Source: Pyrinomonadaceae bacterium (GTDB lineage Bacteria > Acidobacteriota > Blastocatellia > Pyrinomonadales > Pyrinomonadaceae). From it: DNA of 64,000 nt. The translations under genes and the position numbers were made by a program. Under the pieces are notes generated by a model. That model saw only the letters and a program-made list of their open reading frames with translations. It had not been told where the DNA came from and ran no database searches. Positions 17,028-27,223 of the stretch are shown one piece after another; position 1 is the stretch's first letter, and each line of letters starts with the position of its first letter. Location: the NCBI GenBank assembly GCA_046313635.1, contig JBKBYA010000001.1, positions 588,340-652,339 of the forward strand, written 5' to 3'.

Positions 17028-18202
17028 AGAGACCGAATCTATTTCGAATGCTGCTTGCGGCGCTCGTGCTAGCGTGCGCGGCTGCCGCGACGCCCGCGCA
17101 GAAGCCGGTCTCGGCGACCGGAACCAACGTTCTCAAGAAGCAGATCGGCCAAAAGCTGGACGAGTGGCACAAGGCGGGAAAGTTCCCGGGCGCGACCGTC
17201 GGCGTCGTCCTGCCGGACGGCGAGTCGTTCGGCCTCGCGATCGGATTTTCGGACCGCGAGACAAAGACGCCGATGAAGCCGGATGACCGGATGCCCGCGG
17301 GCAGCACCGGCAAGACCTTTGCCGCGGCCCTGGCGATGCAGCTCGTGAAGAGCGGAAAGATCTCGCTCGACGACCGCGTCGAGAAGTATCTCGGAAAAGA
17401 GCCGTGGTTCACGAGGCTGCCGAACGCGCGCGACATCACCATTCGCCAGTTGATGAATCACACGAGCGGGCTCGTCCGCTACGAATTCAAAAAAGAATTC
17501 ACCGACTATCTGACGGCACATCCTTACAAGGTCTGGACGCCCGAGGACCGTCTCGCGTACCTCTTCGACGCGAAGGCGCCATTCGAGGCCGGCAAAGGCT
17601 GGGACTATTCCGACACAAATTACATCGTGCTCGGAATGATCATCGAGCGCGTGACGGGAAAAGAGTTTTACGACGAGGCCGAGAGGTGGTTTATCAAGCG
17701 GTTCAAACTGCACGGCACGATCCCGCAGGACGGGCCGGTGCTGAAAGGCGTCGTTCAGGGCTACGCGGGACCGAATAATCCATTCGGCGGGCGCGACCGG
17801 ATGATCGAGAACGGAAGATTCATCGTCAACCCGCAGCTCGAATGGACCGGCGGCGGATGGGCGTCGACCGGCGAGGACCTCGCCCGCTGGGCAAAGCTGA
17901 TGTACGAAGGGCGAGCATTCGACCCGTCGATGCTGCCCGTAATGCTCGACGGCGTCACCGCTCCGATGCTCGGCCGCGAGACCAAATACGGTCTCGGCGT
18001 GATCATTCGAAACACGCCGGCTGGCACGTCGTACGGTCACAGCGGATTCTTCCCGGGCTACATGACCGACATGATGTACTTCCCCGACAGCAAGGTCGCG
18101 GTCGCCGTGCAGGTGAATACGAGCGTCGCGCAAGACCTCGGCAAACCTCTCGGCCGCATCGCCGTCGAGATCGCCGAGACGGTGATCGCTGCGGCCAAAT
18201 GA
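17024..18202 (+). CDS. serine hydrolase, beta-lactamase class C / D-peptidase family
   Basis: Signal peptide; STGK (SxxK), LMNHTSG, YSDTNY, GHSG. Confidence 0.92.
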   Translation: MKRPNLFRMLLAALVLACAAAATPAQKPVSATGTNVLKKQIGQKLDEWHKAGKFPGATVGVVLPDGESFGLAIGFSDRETKTPMKPDDRMPAGSTGKTFAAALAMQLVKSGKISLDDRVEKYLGKEPWFTRLPNARDITIRQLMNHTSGLVRYEFKKEFTDYLTAHPYKVWTPEDRLAYLFDAKAPFEAGKGWDYSDTNYIVLGMIIERVTGKEFYDEAERWFIKRFKLHGTIPQDGPVLKGVVQGYAGPNNPFGGRDRMIENGRFIVNPQLEWTGGGWASTGEDLARWAKLMYEGRAFDPSMLPVMLDGVTAPMLGRETKYGLGVIIRNTPAGTSYGHSGFFPGYMTDMMYFPDSKVAVAVQVNTSVAQDLGKPLGRIAVEIAETVIAAAK

Positions 18203-18232
18203 GTCCGGCGTTTAGCCGCCGTTAGAGATGAA

Positions 18233-18266
18233 GAGGCCGTCCACGAAAGGCGGCCTCATTTATATT
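18233..18266 (+). terminator. intrinsic terminator
   Basis: GAGGCCGTC/GGCGGCCTC stem followed by ATTTATATT. Confidence 0.55.
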
Positions 18267-18272
18267 CCAGGC

Positions 18273-18341
18273 GGCTCTGCCGCTCTATGTGCGGAAAAGC
18301 AAAGATTTTCCGCACATAGACGGGCGGAGCCCGAAAGAGTT
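18273..18341. repeat. long palindromic REP-like element (family B), full copy
   Basis: GGCTCTGCC-GC-TCTATGTGCGGAAAA-(7)-TTTTCCGCACATAGA-CG-GGCGGAGCC; related copies at 44351-44517 and 56376-56415. Confidence 0.8.
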
Positions 18342-18562
18342 TTCTAAACAGCCCGAGCGCGCTGCCGACCAACATCGGCAGGCCCGTGCCGAAGAGTTCT
18401 ACTCCGGTCGGAATCCTTTGCCGCTGTATCGAACGCATTCCGACGACAGCCCAACTTTCGTTCAGCCTCCGGCAGCAGCGCGTTCTATCAGCTTCACCCC
18501 GGCTTTTTCAATACCGACTGCGTGCGCATACAATAGCTGCACTTTACTCACCGGAGACCACA

Positions 18563-19855
18563 ATGAAAAAACTACTGACCGCTGCATGCCTGTTGATGTC
18601 GCTCGTGCCGGCGACCTTTGCTATCGACATGAGCCGCGAGATCGAGGCCGCGACCGCCAGGATAATGCCCAAGATCGTCGAATGGCGTCGACATCTGCAT
18701 CAATACCCGGAGCTTGGCAATCGTGAGTTCAAGACGGCCAAGTTCGTCGAGGAGCACCTTCGCCGGCTCGGCATCGAGGTGCGTACTGGCGTCGCGAAGA
18801 CCGGCGTCGTAGGCATCCTCCGTGGAGCGCAGCCAGGGCCGGTCGTCGGCCTGCGGGCCGATATGGACGCGCTGCCCGTTACCGAGCGCAACTCGCTGCC
18901 CTTTGCTTCAAAGGAGACAGCCGAGTTCAACGGCCAAAAGGTCGGCGTGATGCACGCATGCGGTCACGATACGCACGTCGCGATGCTGATGGGCGCGGCC
19001 GAGGTGCTCGCGGGTATGAAGGACGAGATAAAAGGAACGGTCGTTTTTATCTTTCAACCGGCCGAAGAAGGCCCGCCCGCCGGCGAGGAAGGCGGAGCTC
19101 CGCTGATGGTCAAAGAAGGCGTGATGGACGATCCGAAGATCGACGCCGTGTTCGGCATTCACATCAATTCGCAGACCGAGGCCGGCACGATCAAATACAA
19201 GAGCGGAGCTGTGATGGCCGCGAGCGACTGGTTCACGATCAGGGTCAAGGGACGACAAACGCACGGAGCTTACCCGTGGCTCGGCGTCGACCCGATCGCC
19301 GTCGCGACGCAGATCTACACCGGCCTGCAGATGATCGTCGCGAGACAATCCGATCTGCCTAAAGCTCCGGTCGTTATCACGGTCGGCAGATTTAACGCGG
19401 GCATCCGCGAGAACATCATTCCCGAAGAGTTGACGATGGCCGGCACGATACGAACTCTCGATGCCGGGATGCAGCGAGACGTGCATCAAAGGATCCGCAC
19501 GACGGCGCAAAAGATCGCCGAGAGCATGGGAGCGACGGCCGAGGTCACGATCGAAACAAAGGCTCTCTTGACCTTTAATGATCCGGCGCTCGTCAAGCAA
19601 ATGCTGCCGTCGCTTGAAAAGGCTGCCGGCAAGGCGAACGTGCTGGAGACCGAATGGGTGACCGGTGCCGAAGACTTTTCGTACTTCGGTCAAAAGGCGC
19701 CGGCTTTCTATTTCGTCGTCGGCGGGATGCGTAAAGGTCAGGACCCGAGGACCGCCGCGGCGCATCACACGCCGGACTTTATGATCGACGACAGCCGGCT
19801 GGACGTCGGCGTCAAGGCCTTTGCGAATATCGTTTTTGACTACTCTCGAAAGTGA
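18563..19855 (+). CDS. M20D amidohydrolase (secreted)
   Basis: RRHLHQYPELGNRE, LRADMDALP, MHACGHD, FQPAEEG, GAEDF, HHTPDF; GGAG RBS. Confidence 0.95.
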   Translation: MKKLLTAACLLMSLVPATFAIDMSREIEAATARIMPKIVEWRRHLHQYPELGNREFKTAKFVEEHLRRLGIEVRTGVAKTGVVGILRGAQPGPVVGLRADMDALPVTERNSLPFASKETAEFNGQKVGVMHACGHDTHVAMLMGAAEVLAGMKDEIKGTVVFIFQPAEEGPPAGEEGGAPLMVKEGVMDDPKIDAVFGIHINSQTEAGTIKYKSGAVMAASDWFTIRVKGRQTHGAYPWLGVDPIAVATQIYTGLQMIVARQSDLPKAPVVITVGRFNAGIRENIIPEELTMAGTIRTLDAGMQRDVHQRIRTTAQKIAESMGATAEVTIETKALLTFNDPALVKQMLPSLEKAAGKANVLETEWVTGAEDFSYFGQKAPAFYFVVGGMRKGQDPRTAAAHHTPDFMIDDSRLDVGVKAFANIVFDYSRK

Positions 19856-19960
19856 AAGGGCGAAAAAGCGAAAAAGTTAAAAGGAGCGGCCCGTCGCAAA
19901 TACCGGCGACCTGAAATTCTTACTTTTTCACCCTTTCACCCTTTAACTCTTTCACCTTTT
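19851..19960. repeat. inverted arrays of degenerate 8-mers between convergent genes
   Basis: GTGAAAGG GCGAAAAA GCGAAAAA GTTAAAAG ... CTTTTTCA CCCTTTCA CCCTTTAA CTCTTTCA. Confidence 0.75.
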
Positions 19961-20441
19961 ACGACTGGATGTGCGCCTCGACGAACCAGAGCTGTTTGTC
20001 GATCTCGCGCGAGATCTCGGTCAGCAGATCGGCCGTGTCCTGATCGCCGAGCTCGCTCGCGTCATCGATGTTCTTTCGTACAAGCTTGCCAAACTCGGCA
20101 AGCGCCGACGAGAGCGCGTCGACATGCGCCGTTCCGTCGGTGATCTCGAGCGGATATTCACTTAACGAAGACTTTTGCGCGGCCTGGCGAACCGTGCCGT
20201 ACGCCGTGCCGCCAAGCGTCGTGATCCGCTCGGCGATGAGGTCGATGTGCCCCTCGACGGCCGTCGCTACCGCGTCAAACAGCTCGTGGAGCTGGAAAAA
20301 GCTCATTCCCTTAACGTTCCAATGCGCCTGCTTGGCCTGCGACTTTAGATCGCTCGCGTCGGCCAGACGCGAATTGAGCAGGTCGATCAGCTTTTCGCGT
20401 GTCGCGAGATCGATATCGATCTTGGTTCTGTGTAATTGCAT
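19959..20441 (-). CDS. dps: DNA starvation/stationary-phase protection protein Dps
   Basis: AHWNVKG..FFQLHELFD, DLIAERI, DQDTADLL, KQLWF. Confidence 0.97.
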   Translation of the reverse strand: MQLHRTKIDIDLATREKLIDLLNSRLADASDLKSQAKQAHWNVKGMSFFQLHELFDAVATAVEGHIDLIAERITTLGGTAYGTVRQAAQKSSLSEYPLEITDGTAHVDALSSALAEFGKLVRKNIDDASELGDQDTADLLTEISREIDKQLWFVEAHIQS

Positions 20442-20542
20442 AATATCCTCCGATTTAGAATTATTCTAATTACGAAGCAACCGCGTGTCAATGGCGCGCG
20501 GAGCATCGGCCCGGTGTATTTAGTATCTTGTAAGTGCAGTGA

Positions 20543-21484
20543 ATGGAAAACGCGATGGTATCAATGCTTCAAAACTCGAATGGCGCCGCCAAGATCGTCG
20601 GTCAGGCCTCGGAGGTGACGAGCGTCGCGTGGGGATCGATCGACGGAATGATCGACTCGATAGCGGCGCGGCTTCCGTACCTGCTGGCCGGCGTTCTGGT
20701 GCTTGGACTGTTCTATATTGCCGGGAAGTTGGTCAAGGCGATCTTTTGGGCGGCGTCCAGCCGCACCCGCATCGACGACCGGCTGCGGATCTTGTTTGCA
20801 CGGCTGATCGTGTTTTCGATCGTCGTCGTCGGCATCTTTACGTCGCTGACCGTGGTCGTGCCGTCGTTCACGTTCGGCGACATGATCGCGGGGCTGGGAT
20901 TCACGTCGTTCGTGATCGGGTTTGCGACCAAGGACATACTCAACAACCTGCTGTCTGGAATGCTGATACTCTGGCAGCATCCGTTTACGCCGGGCGATCA
21001 TATCTTTGTCGGCAGCAATCAGGGCAAGGTCGAGTACATCGGCGTTCGTGCGACGTCGCTGCGCAAGGACGACGGTGAGCTAGTGCTGATACCGAACGGC
21101 GAGATGTACTCCAGCGCTCTGATCGTGCGGCGCGCGGGGTCGAGCCGGCGAATGTCGATCAAGCTCTTTGTCGGCTTCGACGCCGACCTTGCTCGCGTCA
21201 AGCAGATCTGCCGCCGCGCCCTCGACTCGGTCGACCGGATCAAGGACAACCCGAAGCCGACCACTCTGCTGACGGATATCGCCGTCGAGGGCATCGGTGT
21301 GACGGTCAGCTTTTGGATCAACACGACCGAGGCAAAGCCTCAGGAGGTTTTTGATCAAGCGGCGATATCGGTCATCGGCGAGCTCCGCCGCGAGGGCATC
21401 GCGATCTACGACCATTCACCGCCTGACGGCAAAAAGCCGGCAGAGGTGCCGGCCGTCAAAAAGAAGGTCGATGACGAGCTTTAA
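20543..21484 (+). CDS. MscS-family mechanosensitive channel
   Basis: Three TMs; IGFATKDILNNLLSG, PFTPGD, GKVEYIGVRAT, IPN. Confidence 0.92.
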   Translation: MENAMVSMLQNSNGAAKIVGQASEVTSVAWGSIDGMIDSIAARLPYLLAGVLVLGLFYIAGKLVKAIFWAASSRTRIDDRLRILFARLIVFSIVVVGIFTSLTVVVPSFTFGDMIAGLGFTSFVIGFATKDILNNLLSGMLILWQHPFTPGDHIFVGSNQGKVEYIGVRATSLRKDDGELVLIPNGEMYSSALIVRRAGSSRRMSIKLFVGFDADLARVKQICRRALDSVDRIKDNPKPTTLLTDIAVEGIGVTVSFWINTTEAKPQEVFDQAAISVIGELRREGIAIYDHSPPDGKKPAEVPAVKKKVDDEL

Positions 21485-22197
21485 CGGATGACGTTGGCCG
21501 CTCCCGAAGCGGGCCGAGGCACGGCGGTCGACGCCTCCGCTCCGCGAAAGAGCGGAGTAAATATCCACTTGGAGTGATTCTCGATCCCGTAGTACGCGAT
21601 CACCGAGCGGCTGCGGCTCCCGCTCGCTACGCCGATGAAGGGAACGTTTTCGGTAGGGCCGTCAACGTCGTTCTCCGGAGCTGCTGGGTCGTCCTCGTCC
21701 TCGTCGCTGCCGGTATTCAGATTATTCACGATCACGACGGCGTAACGATCGAGGAACTGCCGCGGCTGCGGGCTGGAGGGCAAGAGGCCGTTGTTGTAGT
21801 TCTGCACTCGCCGCGCAAATCGGCCGAGCACCTGAGGGTCGGGCTGGATGAGCCGCCATTTGCCGTCCGGACTTAGAGGATCGACGGCCGCCGACTCGCG
21901 CATTATCATCCGCTTTTTGGTGCCCTGAGGCAGGCCCTCGAGCAGGTCGTCCATCGACTGCGGGAGCTTGCGGCCCTGGTAAAAGGCGATATACTGCCGG
22001 ATCGCCTCGGCGACCTCCTCGCCGCGGCGGATGGCCTCGAGCTCTTTTTCTCTTTGGATCTCTTGCTGAACGGACGGAGCGACCGCGAGCAGCGCGATCG
22101 CAAAGACCGCCATTATCGCCATCACGGCGAGCAGTGTCATGCCGGCTTCGCCGCGGCGGTGCGCGGCGAGAGCGTCAGCGCCTAAAGCCGTCTCCAT
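21481..22197 (-). CDS. type II secretion / type IV pilus pseudopilin
   Basis: Prepilin leader RRGEAG|MTLLAVMAIMAV; QREKELEAIRRG...LPQSMDDLLEG. Confidence 0.8.
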   Translation of the reverse strand: METALGADALAAHRRGEAGMTLLAVMAIMAVFAIALLAVAPSVQQEIQREKELEAIRRGEEVAEAIRQYIAFYQGRKLPQSMDDLLEGLPQGTKKRMIMRESAAVDPLSPDGKWRLIQPDPQVLGRFARRVQNYNNGLLPSSPQPRQFLDRYAVVIVNNLNTGSDEDEDDPAAPENDVDGPTENVPFIGVASGSRSRSVIAYYGIENHSKWIFTPLFRGAEASTAVPRPASGAANVIR

Positions 22198-23302
22198 CGT
22201 CGTCGTCATCGTCCTTCTTCTGCGGCTGAGGCGTTGGCGGCTGGCCGGGCTGCGGCGGGACGTATCGCGGAATATTGTTCGGAATGCCGGGTATGTCCTG
22301 CTGCTGGACGTTCGGATTCTGCATGTTCGGGTTGTATGGCTGGTATATCCCTGCCGGGAACTCACCCTGCGGCGGTCGGCCCGGCGGCTGACCGGGGCCG
22401 CTCGTCGAGCCCGGCTCGGGCCGGTAGAGCGGCAGCCTGTGCCTGAACCCAAGATTGACGTCCTCGAGTACCGCCTCAGCGCTGGAGATACTTATCACTC
22501 TAAATCGGCCGCCGACCACATCGTTGAGCCGGGCCGCAAACTCGGGCCTGTTCGATTCGCGAAATACGGCGGTGTCGTTATTATGCTTGGCCCGGGCGAT
22601 CATCCCGACGTACTGGAACTGCGGCGTCGGAGGCGGCTGGATGCTGATCATCACCTGATCCGAGTAGAGTTTGCCGTCGGGCGTCTGCACCAGAATGCGG
22701 GCCGAACCGGCGCCGGCGATCATCGACGCCGGCACGGTCGTTACGAGCCGCTGCTCGTTGACGAATTGGGTCGGCAGCTCGGATTGGTTGAAATAGATCC
22801 GGGCCGACGGATCGAACTTTTCCCCGACCACCTCGAGACGGAAAGCGCCCGAGCCCGCAAAGACGCTCTGCGGCGACACGTTGTAGACCCGCATCGGCGG
22901 CGTCGGTGTCGGCGTTGGCGTCGGCGGCGTCGGGATCGGGGTCGGCAAAGGCGTACACGTCGGGCACGGCGGCGGCGGCTCGTAAAACGCAAAGATATTG
23001 CGGCCCGCGTCCGGCGCGCCGAATCCCGAAGGACTGTAGACGACCGGCGTCGTCATATTGTAAAAATCCTGTTCCTGTCGTGACGGCATCCGCAGATCGC
23101 CGGCCGCCGCCGAACGGCTGCCCGGCGATGCCTCCTGCGTTCGCGGGGTCGGCGAGGCGGTGACGGTCACTTTTGTACTGCCGGCAAACATACTGCGGCC
23201 GAATGCAAAATAAAGCGCCAGCAGAGACATCAAACCGAGCACCGCGGCGGCGATGATCTTGTTTCTTTCGGTCGGGCTTTTGCCGGCGAGCGGATTCATC
23301 AT
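22175..23302 (-). CDS. membrane-anchored IPT/TIG-domain, Pro-rich protein (PilP/GspC-like position)
   Basis: N-terminal TM, RNIFAF motif, PT repeats, VSPQSVFAG..LEVVGEKF (IPT-like), C-terminal YVGMI..AVF..DVVGGRFRVISI. Confidence 0.7.
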   Translation of the reverse strand: MMNPLAGKSPTERNKIIAAAVLGLMSLLALYFAFGRSMFAGSTKVTVTASPTPRTQEASPGSRSAAAGDLRMPSRQEQDFYNMTTPVVYSPSGFGAPDAGRNIFAFYEPPPPCPTCTPLPTPIPTPPTPTPTPTPPMRVYNVSPQSVFAGSGAFRLEVVGEKFDPSARIYFNQSELPTQFVNEQRLVTTVPASMIAGAGSARILVQTPDGKLYSDQVMISIQPPPTPQFQYVGMIARAKHNNDTAVFRESNRPEFAARLNDVVGGRFRVISISSAEAVLEDVNLGFRHRLPLYRPEPGSTSGPGQPPGRPPQGEFPAGIYQPYNPNMQNPNVQQQDIPGIPNNIPRYVPPQPGQPPTPQPQKKDDDDDDGDGFRR

Positions 23303-23318
23303 TACAGGTCCTGTTCGA

Positions 23319-24284
23319 CTATTGCGCGGTCGGCTCGAGTACCGGGCGTCTGAAATAGGCGGCCATTTCGATCCTCAGACTGACGACCTCTCCGTGGGTC
23401 TTGCCTCGCGGACGCTGCGGGGCGGACGTTGTCGCGAAGGGCTGCGAAGGCGCGAGCGTCGGATTGGCGACATCCATTCCCGAGCTCGTCTGCATCGGGC
23501 CCTGCGTGGCTCCTGTCGGCGTCTGCCGCTGATTGTCAGACGGTTCGAGCTTGATGGAGCTGATGATGACAAACTCCCGACCCGTCTCGATCTCTCGAAT
23601 GAACCGTCGAAGGTTCTGGTACGGACCTTCGACCGTCATCGTGACATAGACGCCCGGAAAAAGACTTCGAAACTTGGCCTTGCCGCGCTCGCTCTCGCCC
23701 GCATCCTGAGCGGAGCCCTGGTCGGCGGCCTCGAGCGGGGCGTAGTCGGGACCGCTCGTATTGACCAGTCCGTTGCTCGCGATCAGGCCGTTGATCCGCT
23801 GGTAGAGCGAGTAGCGCCCGTTCTCGGCGGCCGGCAGGTAGCTGAGCTGAAAGTCGTCGACGCTCTTGATGAGGCTCGCGACGTGCGATTCGGTGTCGGT
23901 GATCGAACCGTATCGAGCGGTCGCGGCGCCGAGGTCGCGGTCGAGCTTGTCACGCTCGGCGCGATTGCGTTCGAGCTCGCGATCGGACGGCACGACGAGA
24001 AAGAAATAGATCAGCAGCACCGCGACGATCGCCAGCACGCCGACAAAAACGGTCGCCAGCTCGGTCTGTCCCCAGATGCCGAGGTTGACCTTTCGCGGCC
24101 GGTTGCGCGGGACGATGTCGATCGCCGGCTCTTTTTCGATGACCACGGTCTCGTCCGGCGTCAGCAGAACGGTGCGGTCGGCCTCGTCGACAACGACCGC
24201 CGAGTCACGCGTCGCGCCGTACTCGTTGACGACGATCTCGGGCGTCTGTTCGGCCGGAGTTTGTGGGTCGCGCTCATTCATCAC
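23319..24284 (-). CDS. pilO: PilO/GspM-like protein
   Basis: TM plus coiled coil; VTMTVEGPYQNLRRFIREIE ferredoxin-like motif. Confidence 0.75.
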   Translation of the reverse strand: MMNERDPQTPAEQTPEIVVNEYGATRDSAVVVDEADRTVLLTPDETVVIEKEPAIDIVPRNRPRKVNLGIWGQTELATVFVGVLAIVAVLLIYFFLVVPSDRELERNRAERDKLDRDLGAATARYGSITDTESHVASLIKSVDDFQLSYLPAAENGRYSLYQRINGLIASNGLVNTSGPDYAPLEAADQGSAQDAGESERGKAKFRSLFPGVYVTMTVEGPYQNLRRFIREIETGREFVIISSIKLEPSDNQRQTPTGATQGPMQTSSGMDVANPTLAPSQPFATTSAPQRPRGKTHGEVVSLRIEMAAYFRRPVLEPTAQ

Positions 24285-24904
24285 TGAACACCTCCGCTGC
24301 CCGAATTCTGCGCGACGTCCGTTCCCGGCGTGTCGACGGCGAAGTTCGGCGTATAGATCACTCGCAGCGTGAATTCAGAATACGTGATCGATTCGCCCTC
24401 CTGACGGTCCTGTCCGCGAAGCTCGGCCTGGAAGCGCCCGGTCGAATTCATATTTTCGATCATCGACATCACCGACGGATAGTCGCGGCTCAGCACGCCG
24501 AGATCGAGCTCGGCCTTGATGCGGCCGTTGTCGTTGTACACATTCTCGACGTTGATCCGCGACGCGCTGACGCTGCCCGGCATCACCGATTCGAGGTCGG
24601 CAAAGAGGCGAGACCACGCAAATCCCTTATTGGCGACGAGCTTGTGTGCGGCGGCGAGCACCGCCCTCTGCTCGGGCGAAAGCTGCTGCTGTACCTTTTC
24701 GCCCTCGCCGTTGAGCTGTTTGATGCGGGCCTGCATTTCCTCGATCTGCCGGAGCGTGAGTTCGTTCAGCCGTGAGTTCCGATCGATCGCCGCAAAGCAC
24801 AGCAGCGCCCCCGCCACGCTGAACGCCAGCAAAAGGACGGTGATGATGTAAGGCAGATTCCGATTGCGGAAGGGCCTCGTGGCAAGATTTAATCTGGTTA
24901 TCAC
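24281..24904 (-). CDS. pilN: PilN-like fimbrial assembly protein
   Basis: RLNLATRPF N-terminal motif, TM, coiled coil, WSRLFADLESVMP. Confidence 0.8.
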   Translation of the reverse strand: MITRLNLATRPFRNRNLPYIITVLLLAFSVAGALLCFAAIDRNSRLNELTLRQIEEMQARIKQLNGEGEKVQQQLSPEQRAVLAAAHKLVANKGFAWSRLFADLESVMPGSVSASRINVENVYNDNGRIKAELDLGVLSRDYPSVMSMIENMNSTGRFQAELRGQDRQEGESITYSEFTLRVIYTPNFAVDTPGTDVAQNSGSGGVQ

Positions 24905-25020
24905 GGCTTGATTAAACTGGATCGTCCGCCCGCTTGGATGCGCGAACCGAGCGCAAATGTTACCACAAAATTACGACAATTCTTTCACGCGGCCGTCGAG
25001 CTAAAGGTTGCAAAAAGGCC

Positions 25021-25953
25021 CTAATCGCGGCGGGCGGGGAGCGGGCCGTCGAGCTCGTACGGCGACAGGTCGCGATAGGCGCAGACGCGGTTGCGTCCCT
25101 CGTGCTTGGCTCGGTAGAGCGCCGAGTCGGCCATCTCGACGAGCTCGATCGGATCGAGCGAATCATCGGGGCAGCACGAAATACCGATGCTGATCGTGAC
25201 TTTGTGCTTCTGGTCGGGGCTATCGCGGCGGACGACCGAGAAGTCGAACTTCTCGACCTCCGAACGGATCCGCTCGGCTGCGACGATCGCCTGCGGCAGC
25301 TCGGCATCGAGCAGGAAAGCCGCAAATTCTTCGCCGCCAAAACGAGCCGCCGCGTCGCCGCTTCGGAGGTTTTTGACGATGCATTCACCGAGCTCCTCGA
25401 GCGTCTTGCTGCCCGTCAGGTGGCCGTACGTGTCGTTGACGCGCTTAAAAAAATCGAGGTCCATCATCAGCACGCAGAAGGGACGGTCCTCTGCCCGTGC
25501 CCGAGCGGCCTCGCGGCGCAGTTCAGAAAAGAAGGAGCGGCTCGACAGCAGCCCCGTCAGATCGTCGTGCGACAGCAGACGATGGATCTGCCGGTGATAC
25601 TCGCGATCGATCTCGTCGTGCAGGTCAAAGCGCAGGATGTGCTTGCCGATCCCGATCTTGTCCCCGTTGGAGAGCCGCTCCTCGGTGATGCGCTGCCCGT
25701 TGAGGAAGGTGCCGTTCGGCGAACGAAGGTCGGTGAGGATGTACTCGGAGCGTCCGCTCTCGTCCGGCTCGGTGACGGTGATGCGGGCGTGCTCTCGCGA
25801 GATGCGCGGATCGTTGATGCGCACGTCGGCGGCAAGAGCGCGCCCGAGAATGATCTCGCTTCGCTCGAGCGGGATGGGTGCGGCGATCAGATCGCCCGTC
25901 AAAAAGACAAGTGCCGGCCTGAGATCTCGTTTGAGGGCTTCGGCTGTTTCCAT
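25021..25953 (-). CDS. FHA-domain diguanylate cyclase
   Basis: FHA (LGR..ISREHA..DLRSPNGTFLNG) plus GGDEF domain (DDLTGL, DLDFFKRVND, RFGGEEF). Confidence 0.93.
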   Translation of the reverse strand: METAEALKRDLRPALVFLTGDLIAAPIPLERSEIILGRALAADVRINDPRISREHARITVTEPDESGRSEYILTDLRSPNGTFLNGQRITEERLSNGDKIGIGKHILRFDLHDEIDREYHRQIHRLLSHDDLTGLLSSRSFFSELRREAARARAEDRPFCVLMMDLDFFKRVNDTYGHLTGSKTLEELGECIVKNLRSGDAAARFGGEEFAAFLLDAELPQAIVAAERIRSEVEKFDFSVVRRDSPDQKHKVTISIGISCCPDDSLDPIELVEMADSALYRAKHEGRNRVCAYRDLSPYELDGPLPARRD

Positions 25954-26086
25954 AATTTACGGCAGCGAGTGGGGCAGGCTGAGGAAATTGACCCGCAAAA
26001 TAGGATATCGTATTCCTGCGGAGCGGTTCCACAGCTTTTTTTGCGGCGGTCGAAGCCCGCCGGCGCTCCTGCGCTATCCGATCCGA

Positions 26087-27151
26087 ATGCAGATCCTGAT
26101 CGTCAAGCTCGGCAGTATAGGCGACGTGGTCCACACGCTGCCGTCTCTGGCCGCGATCCGCGCGGCGGTGCCCGCGGCGCAGATCTCGTGGGCCGTTGAG
26201 CCGCGTTCGGCCGAGATACTGCGCGGCAGTCCGATGATCGACCGTCTGGTCGAGGTGGACACGCGCAGGCTGCGGCGGGCAAGGCTCGATTCGGCGGCAG
26301 TGGAGCTGCGCTCGCAGGTCCGCGAGCTGCGTTCGACGAGGTACGACATTGCGATCGACTTTCAGGGACTGATCAAGTCGGGCGCGATCTGCAAACTGTC
26401 GGGCGCGGTGCGGCGTTGGGGATTTGACCGGCTCGGGTTGCGCGAGCCTGCGAGCCGCGTCTTTTTGACCGACACTGCGGCGACGCGGCCGGGCGTCAGC
26501 GTGATCTGCAAGAATCTCGCGCTCGCCGGCGCCGCGGTCGGCTTTGACCCGTCGGCCGCCGAACTTGCCTTTCCGATCTCGACCGGCGAAGCTCACCGCG
26601 CCGAGGCGGCAGCTATCGCCGCGCGGACCGGGCCGAGATTCGCGCTGCTTAATCCGGCCGGCGGCTGGGCGACAAAGCTTTGGCCGGCGGAGAACTATGC
26701 AGCGCTCGCCCGTTCGCTGTCGAGCGAACTCTCGCTTCCGTCCGTCGTCGTTACCGGCCCGGGCGAGGAGCCGCTCGCAGCAAGGGTGCGAGAGATGGCC
26801 GGCAACGCAAACGTGACCTTTGCCAGCCCGAGTCTCAAAGGCTTTTACGAGCTTGCAAGACTTGCGTCCGTTTACGTCGGCGGCGACACCGGGCCGACGC
26901 ATTTGGCGGTCGCCGCGGGCGCACCGGTCGTCGGGCTTTTTGGTCCGACCGAATGGTGGCGAAACGGCAGCCCGCGGCCCGACGACATCTGCGTCGAGCG
27001 CACTGATATCGGCTGCCGCGTAGACTGCCACCGGCGACGCTGCTCCAACTGGATCTGCATGGACATCGAGGTCGAGCGCGTCGCGGCCGCTGTCGCCGAA
27101 CGAATCGAGCGTGCCGAGCGGTCCGCCGCCGCATCAAAGCTTGCGGTCTGA
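26087..27151 (+). CDS. LPS heptosyltransferase, GT9 family
   Basis: MQILIVKLGSIGDVVHTLP, IDFQGLIKS, TKLWP, GDTGPTHLA. Confidence 0.92.
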   Translation: MQILIVKLGSIGDVVHTLPSLAAIRAAVPAAQISWAVEPRSAEILRGSPMIDRLVEVDTRRLRRARLDSAAVELRSQVRELRSTRYDIAIDFQGLIKSGAICKLSGAVRRWGFDRLGLREPASRVFLTDTAATRPGVSVICKNLALAGAAVGFDPSAAELAFPISTGEAHRAEAAAIAARTGPRFALLNPAGGWATKLWPAENYAALARSLSSELSLPSVVVTGPGEEPLAARVREMAGNANVTFASPSLKGFYELARLASVYVGGDTGPTHLAVAAGAPVVGLFGPTEWWRNGSPRPDDICVERTDIGCRVDCHRRRCSNWICMDIEVERVAAAVAERIERAERSAAASKLAV

Positions 27152-27223
27152 GACCGGGCTCCGGCGGCCCGGGATCTTAGATATACTCTTGATAGATCGT
27201 CGAAAGGTCTGACCGCAAATCTT

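Noticed and set aside
18289..18726. Recurrent peptide FP(H/Q)IDG(R/Q)SPK in ORFs at 18289, 44453 and 56157
   Set aside because: Translation of the non-coding repeat family B, not a protein motif.
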